From a virus: DNA of 35,269 nucleotides. Positions 18,120 to 28,052 of this stretch are shown here, piece by piece. The notes below the pieces were generated by a model that was given only the letters and a program-made list of their open reading frames with translations, ran no database searches and was not told the origin of the DNA. Both the position numbers and the translations under genes were made by a program. The stretch lies in the IMG/VR virus record IMGVR_UViG_3300045988_159128; one strand, written 5' to 3'. The stretch's first letter is position 1; each line of letters starts with the position of its first letter.

Positions 18120-19311
18120 CCTTTTTTATTTTGTTATTTTCTGCATTTGCTTTATTACTTGACATAGCAATTTGTCCTGCAAGTTCTGGAAGTGGTCGCA
18201 TTCCAAATGCAGTTCTTAATTCATTTTTATAGCAACTTGCACTATCAACTAATACATCAAATAATTCTATTTTTTGACTTGTATCCATAAATATCAATTC
18301 ATGTGGATACATCATAACTTTATTTTTGAAACCTTTTTCTCTATTTGTAAACATTGTCATTGTAAATGATTCGCCTGTCCTTTTTAAAATTGGTTCTAAA
18401 CTTTTTTGATAAAATGCTTCATATTGTGGTTTAGTATAATCTCCTGTCAAAATTGGAAGCGAGACACCTATATTTCTCAATATCTTTTCATCTATGAATT
18501 TTAGTGTTGTAGCATCTACTAATTGTATTTTATTTTGTAGTGGGATGTATTCTCCCTTTATATCTAATGGCAAAAATCCACTTTCATTATTAGCTAGCCT
18601 TTTTTCTATCTCTTTGATGTTATTTTCCATCTTTCCATCATCCATTAATGTGTTATATTTAATAACTCCATTAATAGAAAAAGAACTTTTTAGTGCTTTT
18701 GCAACTCCTTGAAGCAATGTATTGTTTAATTCCAATGTTTTCAGTAATGCTCTATTATCAGGTTGTCCAAATTCGTTACCTCCCATGAATTCATTGATGG
18801 AATATCTATATCGTATATGTATTACATCTGAATATGCTAGCATTGTTTTGTATCCATTTCTGAAAGTAAATTCTATTCCAAGTTTACCTTCTGGATCTTG
18901 TAAAAATGTAACATTTGTTGGTTGTATTGGATAAAGTCCTGTATAATGCTTATTTCCCTTTATATCCTTATAATAAGTTGGAATTATAAAAGAGTTATAA
19001 TTTAAAAATAATTGCCAATATACTTTTTCAAAGAAATCTGTTTGTGTCATTCTCTCATTTGGTTGATCTAATAATTTCTGTATCTCACTATTTTCTACTG
19101 GTACTAAATCACTTCCACTTTGCTTTATGTGAAATGGATTCGCTTTTGTCAACTCCGTAACTAAACAAGCTATAGCTTGTTGTACTACATCGCTTGCATA
19201 AATATCCTGCCCAAACTGCGAAAAAATGGGAGTGTACCCATTTAACATTTTTGCATAATTTATATTTGGTTTTGTTTTCTTAAATTTATTAATAAAATCA
19301 ATTAATCCCAT
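18094..19311 (-). CDS. Portal protein
   Basis: 405 aa, HK97-like portal; follows the terminase large subunit. Confidence 0.93.
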   Translation of the reverse strand: MGLIDFINKFKKTKPNINYAKMLNGYTPIFSQFGQDIYASDVVQQAIACLVTELTKANPFHIKQSGSDLVPVENSEIQKLLDQPNERMTQTDFFEKVYWQLFLNYNSFIIPTYYKDIKGNKHYTGLYPIQPTNVTFLQDPEGKLGIEFTFRNGYKTMLAYSDVIHIRYRYSINEFMGGNEFGQPDNRALLKTLELNNTLLQGVAKALKSSFSINGVIKYNTLMDDGKMENNIKEIEKRLANNESGFLPLDIKGEYIPLQNKIQLVDATTLKFIDEKILRNIGVSLPILTGDYTKPQYEAFYQKSLEPILKRTGESFTMTMFTNREKGFKNKVMMYPHELIFMDTSQKIELFDVLVDSASCYKNELRTAFGMRPLPELAGQIAMSSNKANAENNKIKKDGGNKNEE

Positions 19312-19323
19312 TTTGTTTACTCC

Positions 19324-20995
19324 TTACTTATTTATTAACTTGTGAAACTCGTTTCTGTAGCGTCTGTATATCTCGTATAAAATTATTAATGTTACAGCAC
19401 CATCAATTCTCTTGCTAGCTTGTTTCTTTACTTTAACACACATAATATTACCTAGATTATCCATTTCAATTGCTGCATTTCCAAGGCACCATCTATCCAT
19501 TTCATTTTCATTGTAATTTATTACTTGGTCTTTTAAGTCTGCCTCTACCAATTTCATTGCATTAGACAAAACTTTACCTTGTAATATCATTTCTGTTTCA
19601 AGACTGTATTCTCCCATTCTGTCTGTAAATGATTTTGAGAACCTTTGGTCATAACCTGTCATATATGTTTTTATGTTATAGTTTTTGTACAGTGAATAAA
19701 ACCAGTCCGCAACCTTTGATAAATCAATTTCATTTCCTTCGTGTATTGTAAGTATTCCTTTTTTTGCCCACTCTTCATATTTTGCTCCTGCTTCTTTATC
19801 GTTACTATCTTGAAGTTTGCTTTCTGGTATCCAATAATGTGTATGAACATATTTTGTTTTGCAGTCTGGCTTCATTAATAATATTTTTGCATTTGATAAG
19901 TCAGTAGTTGCAGATAGATCAACTGCCCCCAAACAAAAAGAACCTCTAAACTCTTCAAGTTCAAAAGGTTCTGTTACATAACAGTAATCTTCATTCATTA
20001 ACCATGCTTGAGCATTGTTTTGTTTTATATTAAAGTCCTTGCAAAGTGTGTGCATTCTTTTCGATTTAGACTTTTTGGATTTTTCAATTTCTGTTCGTAG
20101 TGATTTCCATTTCTTCACTACTCCTAAACCGTGGATTTGATTTATACCAACTTTGTTCATCCTGCCATATTTCCTCTTCACTATCTTGCGTGTATAACCA
20201 TGGCAAATAATGAATATCATCCGTTTCATCAAATATTACTTCTCTTGCATATACTAATTCATGATCTAAATATCCATCATTGATAAATCCTTCCGTTGTC
20301 AAGTTGATGAATAATGGCTCATCTTTTGTTGACATTGATTTCTGCCCTGCTTCTGCTATTTCATCATTTGGTGCATCGTGGCTTTCATCCATATACATTT
20401 TATCTATATTTCTACCATCTTTATTTTGCGTTTTACTTGACATTTTAAATATTGTTATATTTTTCTTTGTATTGCAAATTTGTGACATGTTTTTATGTGT
20501 AATTTTTGAATGTGGATCTATTCTTTTCCTCATATTGTCTACTTCATTCCATAACAAACTAGCTTGCTTGTCATCATTTGAGGCACAAACTATATCCATA
20601 CCACCTTCGCCAATTCTCAAATCTGTGTGTGCATCTGCTGCCATAAGTGTTGTTTTTCCATTTTTTCTTGCTATTAGTAAAAGTATATTTTGAAATCGCC
20701 TTACCCATCGTTTTAATTCTTCATCATATACTTTAAATGAATAAATTGTTTCTATAAATGCTTTTTCCCATAATAGTAATTGCATTGGCATATTATAAAA
20801 TGGCTTTTTACTTTGTAAACATAGATTTTCCATAAATTCTATTCTTAAATGGCTTTCTTCTAAATCATATCTATATCGTGGATCATCTAAATCTCTTATC
20901 AATTTTTGTAATTCTGTTTTTAACTCTAATCCTACAATTATATTTCCTTTTTGAATTTCACTATAATATTCTTTTAAATAATTAACTTCCTCCAT
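19324..20995 (-). CDS. terL: Terminase large subunit, full length only after a +1 shift at the CGG codon 20131-20129
   Basis: N half has LLIARKNGKTT (Walker A-like) and MYMDESH; C half has GAVDLSATTDLS (nuclease). Joins as ...SWYKSNP-G-LGVVKKWKSLRTEI..., about 556 aa. Confidence 0.9.
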
Positions 20996-21299
20996 ATTTT
21001 TTTCTTTGCTCCAAAAACTTTTGTACAGGATCCTCTTCTATTTCATGGCCATTAATCATTGAATACACCATTCTTATTGCATTCATATAACTTTGAGAAT
21101 GCTCTTTATATAGTTTTGCTGCCTTAGTCACTTTTTGTTTAGTTGGATCTTTGGGATGAATTCTAATAAATGGCATTTTCTTTAGCTCTTCCATTCTTTC
21201 TTCCAAAAAAGCTATATCATCTAAAAGTGGATTGATTAATTCCTTCTTATTTGTTTCTACATCCTTAAAAATTTCATCTAACTTTTCTCTTCTTGTCAT
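20982..21299 (-). CDS. Small protein resembling P27-type terminase small subunit
   Basis: MTRREKLDEIFKDVETNKKELINPLLDDIAFLEERMEELKKMPFIRIHP...; directly upstream of terL; ATG with aaaggtg RBS. Confidence 0.65.
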   Translation of the reverse strand: MTRREKLDEIFKDVETNKKELINPLLDDIAFLEERMEELKKMPFIRIHPKDPTKQKVTKAAKLYKEHSQSYMNAIRMVYSMINGHEIEEDPVQKFLEQRKKYGGS

Positions 21300-21425
21300 A
21301 AAAACACCTTTCTTTCTGTATCTTCTTTTTTGAAATCCAAAAAAAATGAATTTTTTGCCTCGTGTGAAAAAGAGGTACCCCTTACAGTCCCCAGACACTA
21401 GTTCATCATTAAGCTAGGCGGGGGG

Positions 21426-22094
21426 CTATGGTTGAAAACTTTCAAACCATTCTTCTATATATTTTCTCCAAGCATCGTTTTTTGCTCTGTTTAAACATAT
21501 ATCCTTTTCTGTTTCTATAAATATCAGTTCTGCTCCTAGTTTATCTGCCAGTCTTTGTCTTTCCATCTTCAATGGATATGTTCCTACTATAAAAGCATTT
21601 TGCCAATTTCCGAGTCGCATCTTTATTTGCTCTAACAAAGTATTTCTTATCTCAAAAACATTTTGCTGTAATTTCTTTGGTTTATTATACTTATCGCAAA
21701 AACTAATACATTCCCATATTTTATCAATATCTACTATTAAATCATCCGCTGTTGCCTGTTCATCAACCCATGTTGATTTACCACTGCAAGGCGAACCATA
21801 AACAATATATACTTTTTGTGGTAATTCATATCCAAATCGATGATGTACTTTATTATGACATTTGAAATGTATTAACATTATATTTTCTGGATTAAGACTT
21901 ATATTATAATCATTAACATTTATATTATTTAGTGGTATTTTATGGTGTCCTATGCAATCGTAAGCCTTTACTATTTCCTCTCCACAAAACTCACAAATAA
22001 GTTTTCCCTCTTCATTTACTCTTTCTAGCTTCAAATTCTCTAGTAATTGCTGCCACTCTTTAGATTTATATAAATCATGGGGATTTTCAAACAT
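21426..22094 (-). CDS. HNH endonuclease fused to a P-loop kinase-like domain
   Basis: CEFCG...CIGHHKIPLNN...NIMLIHFKCHNKVHHRFG (HNH) then YIVYGSPCSGKSTW (Walker A) and IVDIDKIWECIS. Confidence 0.85.
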   Translation of the reverse strand: MFENPHDLYKSKEWQQLLENLKLERVNEEGKLICEFCGEEIVKAYDCIGHHKIPLNNINVNDYNISLNPENIMLIHFKCHNKVHHRFGYELPQKVYIVYGSPCSGKSTWVDEQATADDLIVDIDKIWECISFCDKYNKPKKLQQNVFEIRNTLLEQIKMRLGNWQNAFIVGTYPLKMERQRLADKLGAELIFIETEKDICLNRAKNDAWRKYIEEWFESFQP

Positions 22095-22109
22095 AACATA
22101 TTCCCCTCC

Positions 22110-22733
22110 TTACCATAATTCATCTTCTGCTTGTTTTTCTTTTAGTTCCAACTCTCGTTTACTAAATCCTAACTTTATCATATTTTCTCTGCTTTTTCTT
22201 TTTGCTTCTGTCACTCTTGTAAGTCCATCTTCTATTCTTTGGATTTTATCAACAGTTGCTTCCGCTTCTGTTACTGTTTCTATTGCACCATCACTATTCT
22301 TTTTTCGAATATGTCCTATTGTCATATCTTTATCTGCTTTTTCCAGTTTTCTTATTCTTCGTAGCATTCTAACTTCTCGTATGGTTAGCAATTTGTATTC
22401 TGCCATGTATTCTTCCATTAGCAAATTATCTATGTCACTTATCTTATAATTTTTAAATAATTCTTTTTCTTCCTCTGTTAAAACATCAGTATATATTTTT
22501 TCATATTCTCCAGTAGTGATTGCGTTTTTGTTATTAGGTGGAGCATGTCCGCCTTTATTGCTTTTGGCGTTTTGGTTGCCTTTAAGTATTTCACTTTTAT
22601 TTCTTGTTAATTTATATTGATTTATAATCTTTTTTAAATCAGACAAAGTAATGTTGTATTTTTTAAAAATGTTTTTATATGTCATTCCACCTAAATAATC
22701 TGTCTTTATTCTTTCAATTTTGCTCTGTGTCAA
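22110..22733 (-). CDS. terS: Phage terminase small subunit (PBSX/phBC6A51-like)
   Basis: DYLGGMTYKNIFKKYNIT...GNQNAKSNKGGHAPPNNKNAITTGEYE. Confidence 0.8.
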   Translation of the reverse strand: MTQSKIERIKTDYLGGMTYKNIFKKYNITLSDLKKIINQYKLTRNKSEILKGNQNAKSNKGGHAPPNNKNAITTGEYEKIYTDVLTEEEKELFKNYKISDIDNLLMEEYMAEYKLLTIREVRMLRRIRKLEKADKDMTIGHIRKKNSDGAIETVTEAEATVDKIQRIEDGLTRVTEAKRKSRENMIKLGFSKRELELKEKQAEDELW

Positions 22734-22752
22734 CGCAACTCACCCACCTCCA

Positions 22753-24066
22753 TTACTTTTTTTCTAACTCTGCTTTTTTTCCTGTTAGTGTTTCCCAGCG
22801 TTTTACTATAACATCACAATATTTTGGATCTAATTCCATCATATAGCAAGGTCTACTTAATTGTTCACAAGCTATTAGAGTTGATCCGCTTCCACCAAAT
22901 AAATCTACGACACATTCATCTATTCTACTACTATTTTTTATTAATCTACTTAGTAGCTTTATTGGTTTCATTGTTGGATGTAAATCATTTATTGTAGGTT
23001 TATTTTCTTCTATAATTGTTGTACTAATTTTATCTGCATATATTTCTTCTAGCATTTTTACTAGTTCTTCTTTCTTTAATTTTCTAAAATCTTGATGCTT
23101 ATCTTCTATAACTGTTGCTTGTGTTCTATCATCTATGAAATAATGTGCTGCACCATCTTTCCAGCCATAAAGACATGGCTCATGTTTCCATTGATAGTCC
23201 TGATTTCCTAATATAAACATATTTTTATTCCATATTATCTCTTGTCTGACTTTTAATCCATTTTCATTTAATGCTTTTTCAAAATTTATATGTTCTCTTG
23301 AAGCAAACCATATATAAAATGCTCCACCTGCTTTCAGTATCTCTGATAAATTTTTAAATGCTCTTGTTAAAAATTCTCCAAATGCCTTATTGTCCATATT
23401 ATCATTTTGAATTTTCATTCCTTGACTATTTTCAACATTCACATTATAAGGTGGATCCGTTAATACCATATCCGCTTCTCTATTATTCATCAGTTGCTCT
23501 ACTGCCTCTTTATTAGTACTATCTCCACATACTAGCCTATGTTTTCCTAATATCCATGTATCTCCTATTTTTGTTATAGGTTCTTTTATTTCTTCTAGTT
23601 CTTTTTCTACATCAAAATCATCTTCTGTTGCTTCTAATGTATCATTAAAAATCTCATTCAGTTCATCTGCACTAAAACCTGTTATATCCATATCAAATTC
23701 TAGTTCTTTTAATTCTGCAAGTATTTTTTCTAATTTTTCATTATCCCAAATACCATTTATTTTGTTTAATGCAAGGTTTAATGCTTTTTCATGTGTTTTG
23801 TCAAGATTTTGAACACTACATTCTATTTTCTTATATCCTAAATCCTCTAATACTTTTAATCCTTGATGTCCACCTATAACGGTCATATCTGAATTTATAA
23901 CAACTGGTACAACATATCCAAATTCAACAATGCTTTTTTTCAATTGTTGATATTCTGGATCTGCTGGTGTTAATTCTTTTCTTGGATTGTATTCTGCTCT
24001 TTTTAGCTGACTTATTTCTACTACTCTTATTTCCATAATTGTACTCCTTAAAACAACTTGATTCAT
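22753..24066 (-). CDS. ParB-like nuclease domain plus DNA methyltransferase
   Basis: N-terminal ParB-type VISQLKRAEYNPR...VIGGHQ; MTase motifs DPPYNV and FGGSGST (order typical of the beta class). Confidence 0.92.
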   Translation of the reverse strand: MNQVVLRSTIMEIRVVEISQLKRAEYNPRKELTPADPEYQQLKKSIVEFGYVVPVVINSDMTVIGGHQGLKVLEDLGYKKIECSVQNLDKTHEKALNLALNKINGIWDNEKLEKILAELKELEFDMDITGFSADELNEIFNDTLEATEDDFDVEKELEEIKEPITKIGDTWILGKHRLVCGDSTNKEAVEQLMNNREADMVLTDPPYNVNVENSQGMKIQNDNMDNKAFGEFLTRAFKNLSEILKAGGAFYIWFASREHINFEKALNENGLKVRQEIIWNKNMFILGNQDYQWKHEPCLYGWKDGAAHYFIDDRTQATVIEDKHQDFRKLKKEELVKMLEEIYADKISTTIIEENKPTINDLHPTMKPIKLLSRLIKNSSRIDECVVDLFGGSGSTLIACEQLSRPCYMMELDPKYCDVIVKRWETLTGKKAELEKK

Positions 24067-24136
24067 ATCTGCAGTTTTTGCATTCTCGTGTCATACATCT
24101 ACTCAAATTCATAGGCATATACCTCATTTGTATTAT

Positions 24137-24210
24137 TGGTTGCGGACATAGGATTCGAACCTAGTCTAGGAGTTATGAGCCCCTTGTGCTGCCATTGCAC
24201 CATCTCCGCA
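24137..24210 (-). tRNA. tRNA with CAT anticodon (Met or Ile2), phage-encoded
   Basis: TGCGGAG...GTGC-AATGGCA-GCAC...AGGGG-CTCATAA-CTCCT...TTCGAAT...GTCCGCA-ACCA; one G-G acceptor mismatch and a short variable region. Confidence 0.85.
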
Positions 24211-24219
24211 ATATAATAA

Positions 24220-24254
24220 AAAAGCTACCCAGAAAGGAAAAGAAGGTAGCTTTT
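24220..24254 (-). terminator. Intrinsic terminator (AAAAGCTACC / GGTAGCTTTT)
   Basis: 10-bp perfect stem, 15-nt loop, T-rich 3' flank on the minus strand, located upstream of the tRNA. Confidence 0.75.
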
Positions 24255-24360
24255 ACTAAAAATATTAATTTGACTATACTTAGTTTTTTTGCAATTATAA
24301 TTATAACAGATTATTTTTTTAAAAAATACAGAAAAAATATATAAATTTTATATAATTTTT

Positions 24361-24795
24361 CTATAATTTTTTATTTTTGTTATATTCTCGTTGCATTTTT
24401 GTTATAGAATTTTTTAGTGTTGTTGTTATTGCACCATATGTTTTACTCTTTTTTACGGCTATTTCTTCTATGCTTATTTTTTGATAGTATCTCATATCTA
24501 TCACATCTTGATTATATTTTTTTAATGTTTTTACTAAATCTTCTACTATTTTCAATTTTTGTTTTAGCTTTTTTATAAATCTTTCTCTTTGTTCTATCTT
24601 CTCTTGCTTTTCTATTATTTGATTTTCTATACTTGATTGTACATATCCTTTCGCTTTTGGCATACCATCTAAATTTGCACTTTTTATATCAACTATCTCA
24701 TCATTTAGATCTTGTATTTCCGCTTCTACCATACTTATCTTAAATTTATATGTATTATAATTTTCAAGGACTTCTTGAATATTCATCTTTGGCAC
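24361..24795 (-). CDS. RinA/ArpU-like (sigma region 4-like) phage late transcription regulator
   Basis: 144 aa, VIDMRYYQKISIEEIAVKKSKTYGAITTTLKNSITKM. Confidence 0.7.
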   Translation of the reverse strand: MPKMNIQEVLENYNTYKFKISMVEAEIQDLNDEIVDIKSANLDGMPKAKGYVQSSIENQIIEKQEKIEQRERFIKKLKQKLKIVEDLVKTLKKYNQDVIDMRYYQKISIEEIAVKKSKTYGAITTTLKNSITKMQREYNKNKKL

Positions 24796-24798
24796 CTC

Positions 24799-25065
24799 CT
24801 AAATTTTATAAATAAAGAAAGTCAACACTATAATTGCCCATATTTCTATCACATTGATAATATTGTTTTTATTGCTGTCTTTCGAATTTAATTCTTTTGC
24901 TATTTTTGACAGTGCTAATATTACTAAAAAAGATATAAATATAATTTTTAATATTTCAAACATAATGTCCACCTGCCTTTCAAGATTATTTTTTTCTATT
25001 GAGTTCGTTTTTGAATTTTTTATTTTTTTAATAATTTTTTCTGTTTTTCTCTTACTGCTATACAT
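24799..25065 (-). CDS. Hypothetical membrane protein
   Basis: 88 aa, two hydrophobic segments. Confidence 0.5.
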   Translation of the reverse strand: MYSSKRKTEKIIKKIKNSKTNSIEKNNLERQVDIMFEILKIIFISFLVILALSKIAKELNSKDSNKNNIINVIEIWAIIVLTFFIYKI

Positions 25066-25085
25066 TGTTATTGTTTTTTTATTGG

Positions 25086-25268
25086 TTATTGATTTCTTTT
25101 AAAAATATTTTTCCAAAAATATGCCATATTATCTATTGCCTTTTGCATTATTTCAGCCATGGGTTCTACTATTTCAAACATTAATTCCATAAATGTACTA
25201 AAAACTTTAATTATTATATATATTGGTGTAAGCATTATAACTAAGACTAAATATATAAATTCTTTCAT
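25086..25268 (-). CDS. Hypothetical small membrane protein
   Basis: 60 aa, hydrophobic N terminus. Confidence 0.5.
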   Translation of the reverse strand: MKEFIYLVLVIMLTPIYIIIKVFSTFMELMFEIVEPMAEIMQKAIDNMAYFWKNIFKRNQ

Positions 25269-25450
25269 CTTACATTTCCTCCATATAAATTTAATATTGT
25301 ATTATTTCTTAGATAATCTATTTTTCTAATGATTTTTAAATCTTTTTCTTTTATTTTTGTTGCTGTACTTTCGGCTCCAAACTCTTTCATTGCAACCACT
25401 CTAAATTTTGCCAACAATGTTTGTAATTGTATATATTCTTCTTCATCCAT
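25265..25450 (-). CDS. Hypothetical protein
   Basis: 61 aa ORF overlapping its neighbour by 4 nt. Confidence 0.5.
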   Translation of the reverse strand: MDEEEYIQLQTLLAKFRVVAMKEFGAESTATKIKEKDLKIIRKIDYLRNNTILNLYGGNVR

Positions 25451-25459
25451 AGTATCCTC

Positions 25460-25816
25460 CTAGTTTTTTTCTAGCAGCTGTGTTTCTATTGAGCCATATT
25501 CAATATCTGTGTTTTTTAATTCATTTATAAAGTCTTTCATCACATCTATTTTTCCTTTTAGATATGCTATTTCTTTATCTTTTTCAATTAATTGCTTTTC
25601 TAGTTCTTTATTTTTATTTAATATTTTTTCTTCTGCTTTTTTAGCTTCATTTATAACTCTTCCTGCTTGTACCATCATTACTTCTGGATTATTTAATAAT
25701 TCATCAATTATTGTTCCAATAGATTTGCTATTTTCTTTTTTTGATATGCTGCTATTTTCATTTGGTGGTTCTAGTCCATCACTATTTTTATTTCCTTTTG
25801 GTTTATATCCACTCAT
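25460..25816 (-). CDS. Hypothetical coiled-coil protein
   Basis: 118 aa ORF. Confidence 0.5.
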   Translation of the reverse strand: MSGYKPKGNKNSDGLEPPNENSSISKKENSKSIGTIIDELLNNPEVMMVQAGRVINEAKKAEEKILNKNKELEKQLIEKDKEIAYLKGKIDVMKDFINELKNTDIEYGSIETQLLEKN

Positions 25817-25879
25817 TACTTTCCCTCCATTGCTTTATTTCTTTTCAGTTTTGCAATTACTGTAGTTTTATTATAATTT

Positions 25880-26317
25880 TTAGCTATTAAATGTATATCC
25901 ATCAATTAAGTTGTAGTCTAAATCAATCACTATCTGCGATTCAAATTTATGATTTTCTTTGTAATATTTAAATTTCTGTTGTAGTTTCTTTGGATTTGGT
26001 TTTGAAAAATGTTCAGGTATCTTGATTTTACTTATTTCTATTTCTACTGCAGTTTCACTCATTAAGGCATCTATGATCTCTTTTTTTATTTTGCTGTCCG
26101 CTTCTTGAATATCAATAATTGCCTCATTTCCTTTTATTATTTTTAAATCACAATATCTAATTAATGCTATTGTTATCCATAATAATCCACATATTATCCA
26201 TGTTTTATTTTCACTTATTATTGATACAGTTATGTCTAATATTCCATTCATAATATAAAATACTAGCATTAATATATCTGTTCTATTTAATTTCGTTGCT
26301 TCTTCCCAAGTTTTCAT
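25880..26317 (-). CDS. Hypothetical membrane protein
   Basis: 145 aa, hydrophobic segments LVFYIMNGILDITVSII and IICGLLWITIALI. Confidence 0.55.
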   Translation of the reverse strand: MKTWEEATKLNRTDILMLVFYIMNGILDITVSIISENKTWIICGLLWITIALIRYCDLKIIKGNEAIIDIQEADSKIKKEIIDALMSETAVEIEISKIKIPEHFSKPNPKKLQQKFKYYKENHKFESQIVIDLDYNLIDGYTFNS

Positions 26318-26318
26318 A

Positions 26319-26630
26319 TTATCCCTCCTCTAAATCATTAAATATTTTTTTATATGTTTCTACTTCATTTAATTGATTAAGTATCTCTTTTACCTCTTTT
26401 TCTGATAACAACTCAATTTTGTCTTTATCCTGATATGATACATCAGTGTTCCCAACATATTTTCCAACATGCACAAAGAAATTTCCTTTTTGCGTTTTAT
26501 ATAATGTACATTCATATTTTGGATAACGATATAATCCCCAAATTGATTTTTGCTCTATTGTCTTTATATACTTTAAAATTTCTTCTGCTTTTTCTGTATC
26601 ATATACTTTATTATTTAATAGGTATTTCAT
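26319..26630 (-). CDS. Hypothetical protein
   Basis: 103 aa ORF. Confidence 0.5.
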   Translation of the reverse strand: MKYLLNNKVYDTEKAEEILKYIKTIEQKSIWGLYRYPKYECTLYKTQKGNFFVHVGKYVGNTDVSYQDKDKIELLSEKEVKEILNQLNEVETYKKIFNDLEEG

Positions 26631-26919
26631 AATTTTTTACCTCCACTATTTTTAAAATTTTTAGAATATAATAATTTATATTAGGTTCTGCTCCCCAACC
26701 TACTTGTCCCTCTCCTATGGTTACAGCACATTTGCATTTAATTGTTGGAGAATTATATTTGTAACCATTTCGTAATAATACCATTGCAATTTTGCCTGTT
26801 CCCACTGTCAAATATCCAAGTCTTTTATCATAATATGGTTTCATTTCTCGATATTCTTCTTTCTTCTCTCCACTAGCAATCATATCAAACCATTTCTTTT
26901 TTATTGGTAATACAATCAT
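26611..26919 (-). CDS. ASCH domain protein
   Basis: LPIKKKWFDMIASGEKKEEYREMKPYYDKRL. Confidence 0.75.
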   Translation of the reverse strand: MIVLPIKKKWFDMIASGEKKEEYREMKPYYDKRLGYLTVGTGKIAMVLLRNGYKYNSPTIKCKCAVTIGEGQVGWGAEPNINYYILKILKIVEVKNYEIPIK

Positions 26920-27199
26920 CTTCACACCTCTTTTTCGTGTTATTTGTTTCATCTATCATTTTCTTAACTACTTCCCATACCGTTTCTTCATCTTTGCCTG
27001 TTTCTTCTATAACCATTTTTATTGTTGCAGCTACGCCCATTAAAACATCTCCAACTGTTATATCTTCTTTTATGCAATATACATTTACCCCTTCCTGATC
27101 TTTTGTAAATTCAATGAATTTCTTTTCATCATAATAACAACCACGACATCCCATCTTCTCAACTCTGCAAGTATCCCATTCTTTTCCTGTACATTTCAT
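26885..27199 (-). CDS. Hypothetical Cys-containing protein
   Basis: 104 aa ORF. Confidence 0.5.
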   Translation of the reverse strand: MKCTGKEWDTCRVEKMGCRGCYYDEKKFIEFTKDQEGVNVYCIKEDITVGDVLMGVAATIKMVIEETGKDEETVWEVVKKMIDETNNTKKRCEDDCITNKKEMV

Positions 27200-27582
27200 C
27201 CTTCTGTACCTCCTTTTATACTTTCTTTAGCTTCATACCAACTATTATGTATTTTTAAATTACTATTGTTTTCAATATATTCTATTATTTTAAATAATAA
27301 GCAGTTATTTCCTTTCAAGTCATTTATAGAATTATAAGCCTCTAATGGTGGATCTACTCTTTCTCCACTTTTACTTATTTTGAATATTAATATTGGTTGA
27401 AAAAGTCCGCTTCCTATCATATTTTTTGGATATAACATTTGTAATAATATTCTCCATTCCTCATTTGTTACTTTACTTATATTTTTACTCATAATTTGTT
27501 TTATAATTTCTTCTGTAAAATCATAATACCTGTATCTTTCACTTTCAATTAATTTTTTATCATCTTCTTTATAATTTAACAT
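27196..27582 (-). CDS. Hypothetical protein
   Basis: 128 aa ORF, ATGA-type overlap. Confidence 0.5.
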   Translation of the reverse strand: MLNYKEDDKKLIESERYRYYDFTEEIIKQIMSKNISKVTNEEWRILLQMLYPKNMIGSGLFQPILIFKISKSGERVDPPLEAYNSINDLKGNNCLLFKIIEYIENNSNLKIHNSWYEAKESIKGGTEG

Positions 27583-27868
27583 TTTTATTTTCCTTTCTTA
27601 ATTTCACTATAGCATTTGACCAACATTTTGTGCATCCTATTCCTTCGTAATTGCAAGTATCTTCTTCTTTTCGCTTATCTATCTTTTCTGAGCCGAATAC
27701 ATCTGATGGACACATATTTATTCCACCATAGCAAAATATCTGATGACATCTCTCTTCTGTTGCATGTTCTACCACTATTTGCATTATTTCTTTATATGTA
27801 ATATTTACATCTGGTTCTTCTGTAAATATTACTTTCTTTTTTCCTTCCATATCATAAATATTAGACAT
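27569..27868 (-). CDS. Hypothetical Cys-rich protein
   Basis: 99 aa, CNYEGIGCTKCW. Confidence 0.5.
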   Translation of the reverse strand: MSNIYDMEGKKKVIFTEEPDVNITYKEIMQIVVEHATEERCHQIFCYGGINMCPSDVFGSEKIDKRKEEDTCNYEGIGCTKCWSNAIVKLRKENKNVKL

Positions 27869-27883
27869 ACTCTTTTTTGCTCC

Positions 27884-28042
27884 TTATAATTTTATTTCTG
27901 TATCTCTTGCCTCTTTATTCATTATCAACGGTGAGTTGGTTGTTATAATTAGTTTTCTCTTTCTAAAATTCTCACAAGCCTCTTGTTGAGAGTCCTGTAT
28001 TTTATTGCAAAATGGATATTTTCCACATTTTATACATTTCAT
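27884..28042 (-). CDS. Small Cys-rich hypothetical protein
   Basis: Hand-translated 52 aa MKCIKCGKYPFCNKIQDSQQEACENFRKRK... Confidence 0.5.
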   Translation of the reverse strand: MKCIKCGKYPFCNKIQDSQQEACENFRKRKLIITTNSPLIMNKEARDTEIKL

Positions 28043-28052
28043 ATCATTCCTC

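Noticed and set aside
23924-24127. ORF 23924..24127 as a separate gene
   Set aside because: Overlaps the start of the ParB-methylase in another frame; no recognisable domain.
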